A model generated the notes under the pieces. It was not told where the DNA came from, ran no database searches, and saw only the letters and a program-made list of their open reading frames with translations. A stretch of 64,000 nt of DNA from Planctomycetota bacterium (GTDB lineage: Bacteria; Planctomycetota; B15-G4): contig CBDFJQ010000002.1 in NCBI GenBank assembly GCA_965248575.1, forward strand, positions 1,792,001 to 1,856,000, in the 5' to 3' direction. The translations under genes and the position numbers were made by a program. This document shows positions 21,555 through 31,543 of the stretch, piece by piece; positions within the stretch are counted from its first letter, which is position 1; each line of letters starts with the position of its first letter.

Positions 21555-23096
21555 ATGACGTTTGCTAAGCACTTTGTGCGTGGCTTGGCGGTTGGTGCCA
21601 TGGCTGTTGGTCTTTCGACCGCCGCCCCGGCACAGAACGCCACCAACTGGCACACCCTTTCTAACGGCCTCGATGCCGTGTACCTCGGTATCGGCGGCGG
21701 CTCCGGCCAAGCTGGTGGTATTGACGGCATCGGTTCCTGGGTCGACGGTAACGACCTGCGTGGTAACCACGTGACCGGTCTCGGTACCTTCGGTTACCGG
21801 CAGGTGTCGTTCTTCACCTCCGAATGTGTGCTCGGTGCGCCTCCCGCACTCGGCCTGAACTTCCCCGCCATCGTCTTCATTGAGTACGACGGCCGGAACA
21901 ACAACCTCCAGGACATCTTCACTCGTCCGACCTGTGTTGGTGGTATTCCCACGGGTACGACCACGGGCGGCGTTTTGCCCTACGGCCTTACCCCCGGTGC
22001 ATCGTCCAACTTCCTGCTCACCGGTCTTCCTTCCGGCGCAGGTCTGCCCAGCACCACGACCATCTTGATCCCCAACAACGGTCTTCAGGGCACCAACGGT
22101 AGTGGTGCTGGTGGTACTGCTACGATTCTCGCCGCTGCTGGTGCCAACCTGGGCATCTCTTCGACGGGATTCTGCTGGAACGTTGAGTTCACCTGGCTTC
22201 CCACGGCCGTCCAGAGCATGGACCACATCGATGGTTGGTGGCACTGGCAGACGAACTCGGTCAACAACAACCAGTACTGGGCCATGTCCAACGACGAGAT
22301 GAACTCCTACAGCTCCAACACCATCGGTCTTGGCGGCGGTGGTTCGGCTCTGCAGATTTTCTTCGGATCCACGGAGTACGAGTGGCATAGCACCAGCCGC
22401 GACCCGACTCTGAACACCGCGCTCAACCCCGCTGGCTTCAACGGTAGCGGCCCGTTCTACTCGGGCGTCACCGCAGCTCCCTTCAACCCGAACGGTGGTT
22501 GGGATGTGGGTCGTCACACGGGTGTGTCCCTCTCCGGTACGGGTGGTGTGACCAACCCGATCACTGGCCTGGGCACGCAGGATCCGACCGGCTCCCCCAT
22601 GGGTGGCATTACCACCTACGGTTACATGAGCTGGGACAACGAGCCCTTCGCTCCTGGTCTGCGCACCGTGTGGCACCAGGTTGACTGGTTCGGGATCTTC
22701 GGCGCCAACATGGACGCCTTCGCTGGCATCTCTGATGCCCTCGTTGGTCCTCCTGGCACGCGTCTGCCGGTCAGCGTCACCAGCCTGATCAACCCCGGTC
22801 CGGGCTGGCCGCAGGCCGTCACCACCGGTCAGTGGGCTCTGATGTTCCACACCGCCACTGCCGGACACATCGAGACCGATCCGCTCGGTTTCCCGGCGGG
22901 TTCCTTCGGCGTCCTCGGTAAGTGGGAAACCACGAACCACTTGCCGATCGGCGGCATCAGCCCGGTTTGTGCCCTCGGTATCCCCGTCGTGATCGACGGT
23001 GGTTCCACGGGTGTCAAGGGTGACGTTTCGGACTTCGAGTTCGAGCCGACCGTTGCCCGCATGTCCGTGTCCATGTCCCGTACCGTCATCGACTGA
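21555..23096 (+). CDS. Exported Gly/Thr/Asn-rich protein of unknown function (513 aa), likely highly expressed
   Basis: Sec signal (MTFAKHFVRGLAVGAMAVGLSTAAPA|Q), SD GAGGT, strong 3-periodicity with many GGT/GCT/ACT codons, own promoter and terminator. Confidence 0.85.
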   Translation: MTFAKHFVRGLAVGAMAVGLSTAAPAQNATNWHTLSNGLDAVYLGIGGGSGQAGGIDGIGSWVDGNDLRGNHVTGLGTFGYRQVSFFTSECVLGAPPALGLNFPAIVFIEYDGRNNNLQDIFTRPTCVGGIPTGTTTGGVLPYGLTPGASSNFLLTGLPSGAGLPSTTTILIPNNGLQGTNGSGAGGTATILAAAGANLGISSTGFCWNVEFTWLPTAVQSMDHIDGWWHWQTNSVNNNQYWAMSNDEMNSYSSNTIGLGGGGSALQIFFGSTEYEWHSTSRDPTLNTALNPAGFNGSGPFYSGVTAAPFNPNGGWDVGRHTGVSLSGTGGVTNPITGLGTQDPTGSPMGGITTYGYMSWDNEPFAPGLRTVWHQVDWFGIFGANMDAFAGISDALVGPPGTRLPVSVTSLINPGPGWPQAVTTGQWALMFHTATAGHIETDPLGFPAGSFGVLGKWETTNHLPIGGISPVCALGIPVVIDGGSTGVKGDVSDFEFEPTVARMSVSMSRTVID

Positions 23097-23153
23097 TGAC
23101 GTGACGGATCGGACCTAGACCTTGGTCTGAGTTCGAATGGACAAGGAATACGA

Positions 23154-23195
23154 GAGGCCCCCTCGGTCGCAAGACCGGGGGGGCTTCTTCCTTTT
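23154..23195 (+). terminator. Intrinsic terminator
   Basis: GAGGCCCCCTCGGTC-GCAA-GACCGGGGGGGCTTC stem-loop followed by TTCCTTTT. Confidence 0.85.
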
Positions 23196-23208
23196 CAGGC
23201 CGCCTTGC

Positions 23209-24159
23209 TCAGGCTGGCCGCCCCGCCATGTTCAGCAGGGCTTGGATGTCTGCCATCCCAGCCAAGGCCGCCTGATAGCCCGCGTCCATGACCTCCAGCG
23301 GGTCACCCGGGTCGAGCCAGCTGCGGCCCTCCATGTCGGGCTTGAGCAACACGTCGGCGTAGTCGCCCTGCACCCGGTTGGCGATGCGGGTGCTCACATC
23401 CTGGGCGCGCAAGAGCAGGGTCATGCCCACCTCGCCGCGCGGGAGATCGGGCAGGGCCGAAGAGAGGTCCACGGCCACGATGCGCATGGCACCCAGGCTG
23501 CGGGCCAGGCGCGTGGGCAGGTTGTCCACGATGCCAGCGTCCACCAGGATCTTGCCCTCGCGCTCGACGGGGGGAAAGAAGCCGGGCACCGAGCTGGAGG
23601 CACACACCGCTGAAGCCAGCGGCCCCTCGGTGATCAACACCTCCTCGCCCTTGTCGATGTCCAGAGCGGCGATGGCGAACGGCATGCCCAGCTCTTCGAC
23701 CCGGATGTCAGGCACGAGCCCGCGCACCACATAGCGCAGGGCGGCCCCGCCGAAGGCACTACTGCGGCGGAACATGCGCTCCAAGGCCACCTGGCGCTTG
23801 ATGCCCGTGAGCAGGCGCGACATGAACGACCCCACTCCGTTGCCCTTGGCCTTGCCCTTCGACTTGGCGGTGAAGCCTACGAAGCCCTTGCGCTGGAACT
23901 CCTCGGAGTTGAGGAAGCCCAGGACATGGTCGCGTACGGCCTCGGCGCTCATGAGGTGGGCGTAGGCCGCCCCCATCAGGGCGCCGGCACTGGTCCCGAC
24001 GATGCTGCGCACGGGCACGCCGTGCTCTTCGAGGGCCAAGAGGACGCCCACGTGAGCCATGCCCTTGAAGCCCCCACCGCCCAGCACCAAGGTGATGCCG
24101 TGGCGCTCGGCCCGGGACGTCGGCGTGTCGAGGGACTTTGGTGGGGCGAGGTTGGACAT
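23209..24159 (-). CDS. Patatin-like phospholipase (NTE/RssA type)
   Basis: LGGGGFKGMAHVG, GTSAG (GxSxG), ASSSVPG.FPP, DAG (DGG variant), DNLP. Confidence 0.9.
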   Translation of the reverse strand: MSNLAPPKSLDTPTSRAERHGITLVLGGGGFKGMAHVGVLLALEEHGVPVRSIVGTSAGALMGAAYAHLMSAEAVRDHVLGFLNSEEFQRKGFVGFTAKSKGKAKGNGVGSFMSRLLTGIKRQVALERMFRRSSAFGGAALRYVVRGLVPDIRVEELGMPFAIAALDIDKGEEVLITEGPLASAVCASSSVPGFFPPVEREGKILVDAGIVDNLPTRLARSLGAMRIVAVDLSSALPDLPRGEVGMTLLLRAQDVSTRIANRVQGDYADVLLKPDMEGRSWLDPGDPLEVMDAGYQAALAGMADIQALLNMAGRPA

Positions 24160-24279
24160 ATCGGCCCCCTTTCATCGTCAGGGAGGGTCCCACAGCTTGC
24201 GACCATCCTGCGCAACACGAGCTTCGCCCTCCAGCACGGTATCCTCGGCCGCGATCCGCTCCGGAACCTGAACGCGCGC

Positions 24280-26238
24280 ATGAACTCCAGCCCTGCTGCT
24301 CCTCCTGCCGCACCGAACGCCTCGGCGGCCACCGGCAACCCCTGGCCACGGGTCTGGCTGGTGGGCCTCGGCCTGGGGCTCGGGGCCAGCGTGGGCCGGG
24401 CCGTTCTGTTCGCTCTCGTGGACGGCTACTGGCAGCGCCCAGAACTCACGGATCTCGCCAGCCGATCCCTGCTCCAGGATCTGCTGCGGGGCGCGCTGTG
24501 GGCGCTGCCTGTGACCGCCCTTGCCGCGGTCCTCTTGCAGCGGGGCCGGCCACTGTCGACGCTGCTGCGGGGGCTTGCTGCCCTGCTCCTGCTCGTGGCC
24601 GGGGGCCTGTTTCTCACGGGCCGTTGGCCGGCGTCGCCCTTCCATGTCCCCGGCACGGACAGCCTCAGGGCCCAACTCGCCCAAGCTGCCGCGTGGGGGG
24701 GCGCCTTGGTCCTGGCCCTGCTTCTGGTCTGGCGACCTGCGGCTCGCTGCTCCTCGCGCCCAAGCCGCTCGATGCTCGTGTGTGCCTCGGCGGCCCTCGC
24801 CCTGTTCGCCTGGCTGGCTGCACTCGCCTGGTCGGGCTGGACGCTGCTCCAACATCCAGCGCCCTCGACTACCGAGACATCTCCCCCCCATCTGGTGCTG
24901 CTGTCCCTGGACACGCTGCGACACGATCGACTCAACGCCCCCCTCTCTCCCACCCTCGCTGCGCTGGGACAGGAATCCGTGCGCTTCGAGCGGGCCTACT
25001 CGCCACAGCCCTTCACGCTCACGGCACACATGACGATGTTGACGGGGCTCTCCCCTTCGGTCCACTCCCTCGCCCCAGAGCAGGCGCTTCCCGCCCGGGT
25101 CGTGACCCTCGCGCAGAGCCTGCGCGAACAGGGCTGGATCACCGCTGCCTTCGTCGACACCGTGACCTGGCTACACCCCCGTTACGGCTTCGACCGCGGC
25201 TTCTCCATCTACCGTCAGATCGAAGGCGACCTGCGCAGCAAGCAAGAGCAGATCCGCTTGTTGCTCGACGACCTGGGTTCCGTCGGCAGCCGCCCCGTCT
25301 TCCTGTTCGTCCACCTCTACGACGCCCACAGCGATGAGTCCGTCCTGCCCTATGAGGCGGCGCCGGACTTCATGGCTGAACATGCGGGTTGGTACGACGG
25401 CGACTTCACGGGCTGCGTGGACGGACAGGGTTGCGCCTCCGAACTCCTGCTCGACCTCAACAAGCGCGGTCAGACCTTGGAGGGTGACGATCGTCGCTAC
25501 CTGGCGTCGCTCTATGACGCGGGGGTCGCCACCCTCGATCACCGGCTGAAGACCCTCTTCGCGCAACTGCGAGAGGACGACTTCCTCGACCACTCCGTGC
25601 TGATGGTCACGGCAGACCACGGGGAGGAGTTCTTCGAGCATGGCCGGGCGCTGCATGACCAGAACTACGAGGAGAGCGTGCGCGTGCCCCTGATGGTCCG
25701 CATGCCCGGCGCCGCGGCGCGTGGGATCCGGTCTGAGCTCGTGGGGCTCGCGGACCTGGCGCCGACCCTGCGCGAGCTGGCCGGGCTCCCGCCGCAACCT
25801 TCGACGGGCCAGTCCTTCGCTGCCCTGCTCAGCACTCGAGACGCTGCAGCGGCGCGCGCGGAGCGCGGTGCGGTCTGGCTCGACGCAGGGCGCGGGAGCC
25901 TCGGCATCGTGACCCAGCGCTGGAAGCTCTTCCCCACCCGTGCAAGCTACGAGTTCTACGACCTGGCGAACGACCCCGAAGAGCAGCACGACCTCTTCGA
26001 GCAGGCCCAGCGCACCCTTGCCCCCGAGAGCACCAGCAGCGAGGCGCTAGAAGCGCCCGAAGCACTGCTCGCACTGCAGGCGCTGATCGATGCCGCTCGC
26101 CTGCGAGTGGCTGAGCACAGGCTCGCACTCGGACTTCCGGCGGATCCGGCAGCCAGCGCGGACACGACGATCGAGAGCCCTCTGTCAGAGGAGGCACTGC
26201 GCCAACTGGAGTCCCTCGGTTACACAGGGGGACGATGA
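24280..26238 (+). CDS. Membrane-anchored sulfatase-fold (alkaline phosphatase superfamily) protein
   Basis: About 5 N-terminal TM helices; LSLDTLRHD, FTLTAHMTMLTG, HLYDAH, TADHGEEF.EHG, YDLANDP.E, LESLGY. Confidence 0.85.
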   Translation: MNSSPAAPPAAPNASAATGNPWPRVWLVGLGLGLGASVGRAVLFALVDGYWQRPELTDLASRSLLQDLLRGALWALPVTALAAVLLQRGRPLSTLLRGLAALLLLVAGGLFLTGRWPASPFHVPGTDSLRAQLAQAAAWGGALVLALLLVWRPAARCSSRPSRSMLVCASAALALFAWLAALAWSGWTLLQHPAPSTTETSPPHLVLLSLDTLRHDRLNAPLSPTLAALGQESVRFERAYSPQPFTLTAHMTMLTGLSPSVHSLAPEQALPARVVTLAQSLREQGWITAAFVDTVTWLHPRYGFDRGFSIYRQIEGDLRSKQEQIRLLLDDLGSVGSRPVFLFVHLYDAHSDESVLPYEAAPDFMAEHAGWYDGDFTGCVDGQGCASELLLDLNKRGQTLEGDDRRYLASLYDAGVATLDHRLKTLFAQLREDDFLDHSVLMVTADHGEEFFEHGRALHDQNYEESVRVPLMVRMPGAAARGIRSELVGLADLAPTLRELAGLPPQPSTGQSFAALLSTRDAAAARAERGAVWLDAGRGSLGIVTQRWKLFPTRASYEFYDLANDPEEQHDLFEQAQRTLAPESTSSEALEAPEALLALQALIDAARLRVAEHRLALGLPADPAASADTTIESPLSEEALRQLESLGYTGGR

Positions 26239-27200
26239 GCACCCCTTCGCAACCCACGCGCTTGGCACTCAGCCTGGCCGGCGTCGTCATCTTCGCGCTG
26301 CTCGTCGGCCTCGGCCGGGAACTCTACGCCCGCACCTTCCTCGCGCGCATGATCCACCAAGCCATCAGCGTGACGCCCGATGTGCCGCTCACCCACAAGG
26401 ACCCAGTCTATGGGGAGCGCCCCGTGGCAGGGCACTTCGAGGTGCAGCTGGATGTGCCCGAGAGCAGCGCCCCCTACCGCTTCAGCATGGACATCGATGC
26501 CGACGGCTATCGCGAGACGAGCCCGGAGCCGGAGGAGTACGCAGGGCTGCCGGAGGTCTGGATCTTCGGCTGCTCGTTCACCTGGGGTTACCCACTGAAC
26601 AATCGGGACACCTACCCGTGGCTCGTGCAACAACAGCTGCCCACCCATCGCGTGCGCAACTACGGGGTGCACGGCGTCGGCAACCTGCGGGCCCTGCGCC
26701 AGATGCGCGAGTTGCTGGAGGAACGCAGCGTCACGCCGCCGCCCGTGGCGGTGTTCGGCTATGCCTCCTTCCACAAGGCGCGCAACATCAAGGGTGCGTC
26801 GCAGTCCGTGGGGGCCGAAGGCAGCTTGAGCAGCCACGTCCTCGACTACCGGGAGCTGCTGACGCCCGAGCAGTTGGCCAGCGTGCAGCTCCCACCGAAG
26901 CTGGCAGCATCTCCAGACCCCGAACAAGAGCGCGTGACCTTCGCCATCTTCCGTGAGCTCGCCGCCCTCTGCCGGGCACACGGCATCCGCCCGGTCCTGG
27001 CCGTCCAGCACACCGGCGGCTTCGACCCCCTGTTGCCCTTCGCCGAAAGCCTGGGCTTTCGCATCGCGTCCATGGAGGTGGACTTCCGGCGAGCGATCTA
27101 CAACCTGATGCCCTTCGACAACCATCCGAACGCCGAAGCCAATCAGGTCTACGCACAGAAGTTGCTGCCCGTCGTGCGCAGCGAACTCGCACGGGATTGA
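26235..27200 (+). CDS. SGNH/GDSL-like membrane-anchored protein
   Basis: N-terminal TM, IFGCSFTWG, NYGVHG, DNHPN; ATGA overlap with the upstream gene. Confidence 0.75.
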   Translation: MSTPSQPTRLALSLAGVVIFALLVGLGRELYARTFLARMIHQAISVTPDVPLTHKDPVYGERPVAGHFEVQLDVPESSAPYRFSMDIDADGYRETSPEPEEYAGLPEVWIFGCSFTWGYPLNNRDTYPWLVQQQLPTHRVRNYGVHGVGNLRALRQMRELLEERSVTPPPVAVFGYASFHKARNIKGASQSVGAEGSLSSHVLDYRELLTPEQLASVQLPPKLAASPDPEQERVTFAIFRELAALCRAHGIRPVLAVQHTGGFDPLLPFAESLGFRIASMEVDFRRAIYNLMPFDNHPNAEANQVYAQKLLPVVRSELARD

Positions 27201-27207
27201 GTCGCGC

Positions 27208-28848
27208 TCAGTCCAGGTCGCGCGCTGCCTGCAGCCGACGGAGCCCGGGCCAGGCCGTGGCTAGATCCAGCCGCGGCTCGCGGCAGACGTACACCGGCAG
27301 ATCCAGCTCCTGGGGATCGGCAAGCGCTGGTTGGTGTACAGCCACGCGACGCACGTCGGCGAAAAGGGCACGCAGACGATGCAGCGGCCAGGCGATGGAG
27401 ACAGCCACGCGCCCGAGGCCCGGGCCGGGCGGACGTTCAAAGAGAGCGTTGTGGGCGCTGTAGACCGGGGGCACGGCGCGCCCCGGGCTCAAGAGCCTCT
27501 CGAGCTGCAGCGCCCCGGCCTGCCCCCCTGAGAGAGCCAGCAGCACCGCGCCTGCCCGCTCCTCATCCGACAATCCATCCACCACGGCCAAGACTGTGGA
27601 CGACATCTCGGGCCATGCCATGCGCGACAACATGTTGCGGGTCAGCAGATCCCTCAGTTCGAGCACGTCCACCTGCTCGGCCCAGGCTTGGGTGCGTGCG
27701 GGGTTCATCAGCGGCAAGGCGAGGGGCGCCGTCCAGGCGCCACCCAGGGCGAGCAGCAGCAGCGCGCTCGCCCGCAGGGAAGGAGCTCGCAACAGACGCT
27801 CCAGGCCCACTGCGCCAAGGGCCAAGAGCAGCGGCAACACGGGCAGCAGACGATCGGGCCGCCCCGAGGAACTCACCAGGAGAACCGCCAGCGGCACCAG
27901 CACGAGGCCCAGCAGGGGGCGCCAACCCGATGCGGCCCGCCCGAAGAGCAGCAGGCCCAGCCCGGTGACCCACAGGGGAAGGCTCAGAGGTTGCGCGAGC
28001 AGGGCGAAGCGCGCCACGAACTCCGGCACGCTGAGCAAGCCGCGACTCAGGACGTGCTCTGCCCAGATGTAGTCCCACACGGGCCAGGCGGCGAGCGCCT
28101 GCCAAATCAGGAAGGGCGCCACCAGCAGTCCGGCCAGCGAGGCTCCCAGAGGCAGCCCGGCCTGGAGACCAGCCGGCCGCCGAGTGCTGCCACTCTTGCT
28201 GAGGAACAGCACGAGGAGCCCCGCCACGAGCCCCGCCGCGAACGTCCAGCCCGTGAGCTTGGACTGCAGGAGCAGACCCAGGGCAAGGCCCGGCAGCAGC
28301 CAGGACGTCGATTGGGTTGCTTGCTGGGATGCGGACTGGGCCGTGGCGGAAGCCTCAGGTCGACCCAAGCGCCCGAGCACCGAGGAAGCCAGCGCCGTCA
28401 CCGCCAGCAGCTCGAGGCTCGCAGCGGTCAGGGCGCTGTGCTGCACAAGCAACCCGGGTGCGCACAGGCAAGCCAGGGCGGCCAGCAGCGCAGACCAGCG
28501 ACCACCCCCGGCTTGGCGCGCCATGTGCCCGGCCAGGTAGACCGTCCAGCCCGCCGCAGCGGCGGGAAGCATGCGGTGCATGAGCAGCATCGCCAGCGGC
28601 ACCTCGCCCGCCTCGCCCGCGCTGACACCCAGCATCTGCGCCAGCTCGCTGACGCAACGGGACATGAGCGGTGCCAGCTGGGGGCCATCGAGCGCCCCCC
28701 ACGACAGGCTCTGCCCGCACGCAAAGGTGTAGAGCTCCTGGGCATGGAAGCCCATGCCGTCGGTGAAGGCCGCAACCAACTGCAAGGCCACGGCCATCAG
28801 TGCGCAGGCCACGACCCATGGCCCGGCATGGTTCGCGCGTGGACTCAC
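27208..28848 (-). CDS. Polytopic membrane glycosyltransferase-like protein (ArnT/PMT, GT-C), divergent
   Basis: More than 10 hydrophobic segments; GFH.QELY....G..LSWG..D.P.L.P, P.LIWQ....WP, SAHN; GTG start overlapping the nadE stop. Confidence 0.7.
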   Translation of the reverse strand: MSPRANHAGPWVVACALMAVALQLVAAFTDGMGFHAQELYTFACGQSLSWGALDGPQLAPLMSRCVSELAQMLGVSAGEAGEVPLAMLLMHRMLPAAAAGWTVYLAGHMARQAGGGRWSALLAALACLCAPGLLVQHSALTAASLELLAVTALASSVLGRLGRPEASATAQSASQQATQSTSWLLPGLALGLLLQSKLTGWTFAAGLVAGLLVLFLSKSGSTRRPAGLQAGLPLGASLAGLLVAPFLIWQALAAWPVWDYIWAEHVLSRGLLSVPEFVARFALLAQPLSLPLWVTGLGLLLFGRAASGWRPLLGLVLVPLAVLLVSSSGRPDRLLPVLPLLLALGAVGLERLLRAPSLRASALLLLALGGAWTAPLALPLMNPARTQAWAEQVDVLELRDLLTRNMLSRMAWPEMSSTVLAVVDGLSDEERAGAVLLALSGGQAGALQLERLLSPGRAVPPVYSAHNALFERPPGPGLGRVAVSIAWPLHRLRALFADVRRVAVHQPALADPQELDLPVYVCREPRLDLATAWPGLRRLQAARDLD

Positions 28849-29855
28849 CGCCCCTCGATCAGCTCGTCGGAAAAGCGGTCTTCCAGCAGGCGCTGCTCGA
28901 TCAACTCGGCACGACTCCCGAGCGTCGGGCACGCGGGGTTGTGCTTGTGCCGCGTCTGCCGCTCAATGGAACGCGCCGAGTCGAGCATGGCGCGCACGGT
29001 GTCCTGCGAATCGAGGTGCCGGAACAGGCCGCTGTACGCGACACCTGTCAGCGTCTTCCAGTCGGGGTCTCCGGGGCCGAACAACTCACGGTACTGGTCG
29101 AGGAAACGCGACATGCGCTCGATGTTGCCCAGGTAGCTGTAATCCCCCGTGTCCGGGTCGACCCGACTGTAGGTCCAGTGCACACCGTAGAGTTCCCGCA
29201 GTTCGTCTTCGTCGTTGTGCGCTTCGCCGATGCCGTGCAGGTCCGGGGACGGAAGCGCCGCGCGGGTTGGTCGCGGCACTTCCAAGGCGCGGGCCAGCTG
29301 GAACACCTCGCCCTTGCTCAACATGGCGATGGGGTTGGTGTCCACCTCTCCATCGCCGCCCTTCTGGTAGAAGCGCAGGAAGCGGTCTTCGCATTCGTTA
29401 CCGGTGCCATGGCGCACCCCACCACCGGTCAGCCGGTTGAACCCGCGGCCGATGGGAGCCCGCAAGCAGGAGCGGATCGAACCCTTCACCGCTCGATCGG
29501 TCTCCATCCGTTTCTGAATGTTCTGCATGTCGTAGCCGGCCGCCTCCAGCGCCTCCAGCATGGACGCGTGCAGCACATCGAACACCTGCGTGGCGTCGAA
29601 GTCGATCAGCGGAACCCTGCACTGCAGCGCCGATTCCTTCGCCCGCTCACGGAACTCCTGGCCCGAGTGAATCCCGATGAACACCGCCGTCACCTGGTCC
29701 GCGCCCAGCGCCCGGACGAGCAGCGACAGCAGCACGGCGGAGTCCACGCCACCGGAGACGTCGATCTCCGCCCGCTCGATGCCGCAGCGACGGTGATAGA
29801 GGCGGATGGCTTCGACGCGATTCTCAACCAAGGCTGCGGTGTCGACGACTGGCAT
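28845..29855 (-). CDS. nadE: NH3-dependent NAD+ synthetase
   Basis: SGGVDSAV PP-loop, GTGNECE, FYQKGGDG.VD.NPI..L.K.EV..LA..L, PSPDL, DEDEL; ATG 29855 after GGGAG. Confidence 0.85.
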   Translation of the reverse strand: MPVVDTAALVENRVEAIRLYHRRCGIERAEIDVSGGVDSAVLLSLLVRALGADQVTAVFIGIHSGQEFRERAKESALQCRVPLIDFDATQVFDVLHASMLEALEAAGYDMQNIQKRMETDRAVKGSIRSCLRAPIGRGFNRLTGGGVRHGTGNECEDRFLRFYQKGGDGEVDTNPIAMLSKGEVFQLARALEVPRPTRAALPSPDLHGIGEAHNDEDELRELYGVHWTYSRVDPDTGDYSYLGNIERMSRFLDQYRELFGPGDPDWKTLTGVAYSGLFRHLDSQDTVRAMLDSARSIERQTRHKHNPACPTLGSRAELIEQRLLEDRFSDELIEGR

Positions 29856-30019
29856 CCAGCAACTCCCAAGCAAGTTCGAGGCGCGGCCGTCGTAGACGCC
29901 GCAGATCCGGGCGAGCCTCGCGGAGTGGACAGGGAGCGTCAAGTCCAACCTCCCTGGGACCCGAATCGGCTTTGGTACGATCCGCCGCCCCCGCGGGGTC
30001 CCCCAGCCCCCCCCAGCCC

Positions 30020-31501
30020 ATGGTTTCCTTCCACGACCGCACTGCCCTCGACTGCTCCTGGCCGCGCCAGCTCGCGCGTACCCTGGCCGGCCTCTTCCTG
30101 GCTACGGGCCTGGCAGCTGGGATGCTTGCGTGCTCCGACGCCCCGGGCAGCGAGCGCCTCCCCCCGCCCGGGGGAGCAGCGTTGTCTCCTGACAGCGCGG
30201 CCCAGCAGCGTGCCGGAGACCAGCCGTTGTCCATCATCCTGGTGTCCATCGACACCGTGCGGCGGGATCACGTGGGTTTCTACGGCTACGAGCGCAACAC
30301 CACGCCCTTCCTGGACAAGTTGGCCGAGAAGAGCCTGGTCTTCGACAACGCCTATACCACCTTCAGTTGGACCCTGGTCGCGCACATGGGGATGCTGACC
30401 GGCCTCTACCCCAGTCAGCACGGCGTCTGGCATGAGGACGCAGCGCTGGCCCCGAGCGTTCCCACCCTCGCCGAACGTCTGCAGGAGCGTGGGTACCACA
30501 CCATGGGCTTCCATGACTCCAACTGGCTCACCGCCCGCTACGGTTTCGCCAGGGGCTACGACGTGTACCGTCGCCACATGGGCGCCCCCATCGCCGGGCT
30601 GCACATGGAAGAAGCCATGGCGGCCCGCCCGAAGAACAAGCCCTTCTTCATGTTCCTGCATCTGATGGACGCGCACAACGCGCCGCTGACCCCCGGCAGC
30701 ACCATGTACGAGCCGCCAGAGCCCTTCGACAGCCTGTTCATGGTGGACGCCCGGGAGCGCCTGGAAGGCGTCGACATCGACCAGGCCTGGAAGCACGGAA
30801 CCAACATCAGTCCCGAGCAGCACGAGGCGCTGCTCGCGCTCTATGACGGTGGCATCCGCTACACCGACACCAAGCTGGGCGAGTGGATCGAAGCCTGGTG
30901 GAGGACAGGTCTGTTGGACGATGCCGTCCTGATCATCACCTCGGATCACGGAGAGAGCCTCCACCAGCGCGGCACCGGCTACCAAGGGCATGGCTTCGCA
31001 TTCAACGAAGGCTTGCAGGTCCCGCTCCTGATCCACTACCCGGGCGATGCGCGCGGCGGCGAACGAATCCAGACGCCCGTCAGCCATGTCGACCTGCTCC
31101 CCACCATCCTGGACGAACTCGAGCTCGCCCCCGACAGCCGGCTGCCTGGCTATTCGTTGGCGGAAGGTCGTCCACTCGACTCGGTCATCTACGCCGAGCA
31201 ACCGAACCGCATGGAGGCCTTCATCCGCTGGCCGTGGAAGATGCTGCGCCCCACCACCGGTGATACGAGCCGCCTGCGCCTGTTCGATCTCGACCAGGAC
31301 CCTGCTGAGCTCAGTCCACTCACGCAGGAAGACGCCGAGAGCACGCAGTACACGCGCATCAGCACCGAGTTCGGCAAGCGCGTCGACGGTGAACGCAGCG
31401 GATGGTTCCGCCCCGACGAAGCGAACCCCGATCTGGCGCCCTTGTCTCCGGAAGAGGAGGCGGCCCTCAAGGCCCTCGGCTACCTGGGCGACGAGAACTA
31501 G
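30020..31501 (+). CDS. Sulfatase-fold lipoprotein
   Basis: Lipobox MLAC; SIDTVRRDH, WTLVAH..MLTGLYP, HLMDAH, TSDHGE, DLLPTI, FDLDQDP.E, LKALGY. Confidence 0.85.
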   Translation: MVSFHDRTALDCSWPRQLARTLAGLFLATGLAAGMLACSDAPGSERLPPPGGAALSPDSAAQQRAGDQPLSIILVSIDTVRRDHVGFYGYERNTTPFLDKLAEKSLVFDNAYTTFSWTLVAHMGMLTGLYPSQHGVWHEDAALAPSVPTLAERLQERGYHTMGFHDSNWLTARYGFARGYDVYRRHMGAPIAGLHMEEAMAARPKNKPFFMFLHLMDAHNAPLTPGSTMYEPPEPFDSLFMVDARERLEGVDIDQAWKHGTNISPEQHEALLALYDGGIRYTDTKLGEWIEAWWRTGLLDDAVLIITSDHGESLHQRGTGYQGHGFAFNEGLQVPLLIHYPGDARGGERIQTPVSHVDLLPTILDELELAPDSRLPGYSLAEGRPLDSVIYAEQPNRMEAFIRWPWKMLRPTTGDTSRLRLFDLDQDPAELSPLTQEDAESTQYTRISTEFGKRVDGERSGWFRPDEANPDLAPLSPEEEAALKALGYLGDEN

Positions 31502-31543
31502 CGCCCGGGGCTACCGGACCACCGGACTCCCAACGCCAGCGAT

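Noticed and set aside
21450..22940. 496-aa antisense ORF opposite the orphan secreted gene
   Set aside because: Mirror frame produced by strong codon bias; the promoter, SD, signal peptide and terminator all support the plus strand
30000..30019. Poly-C tracts upstream of the sulfatase-fold lipoprotein
   Set aside because: An 8-C run outside the coding sequence is unremarkable in a GC-rich genome
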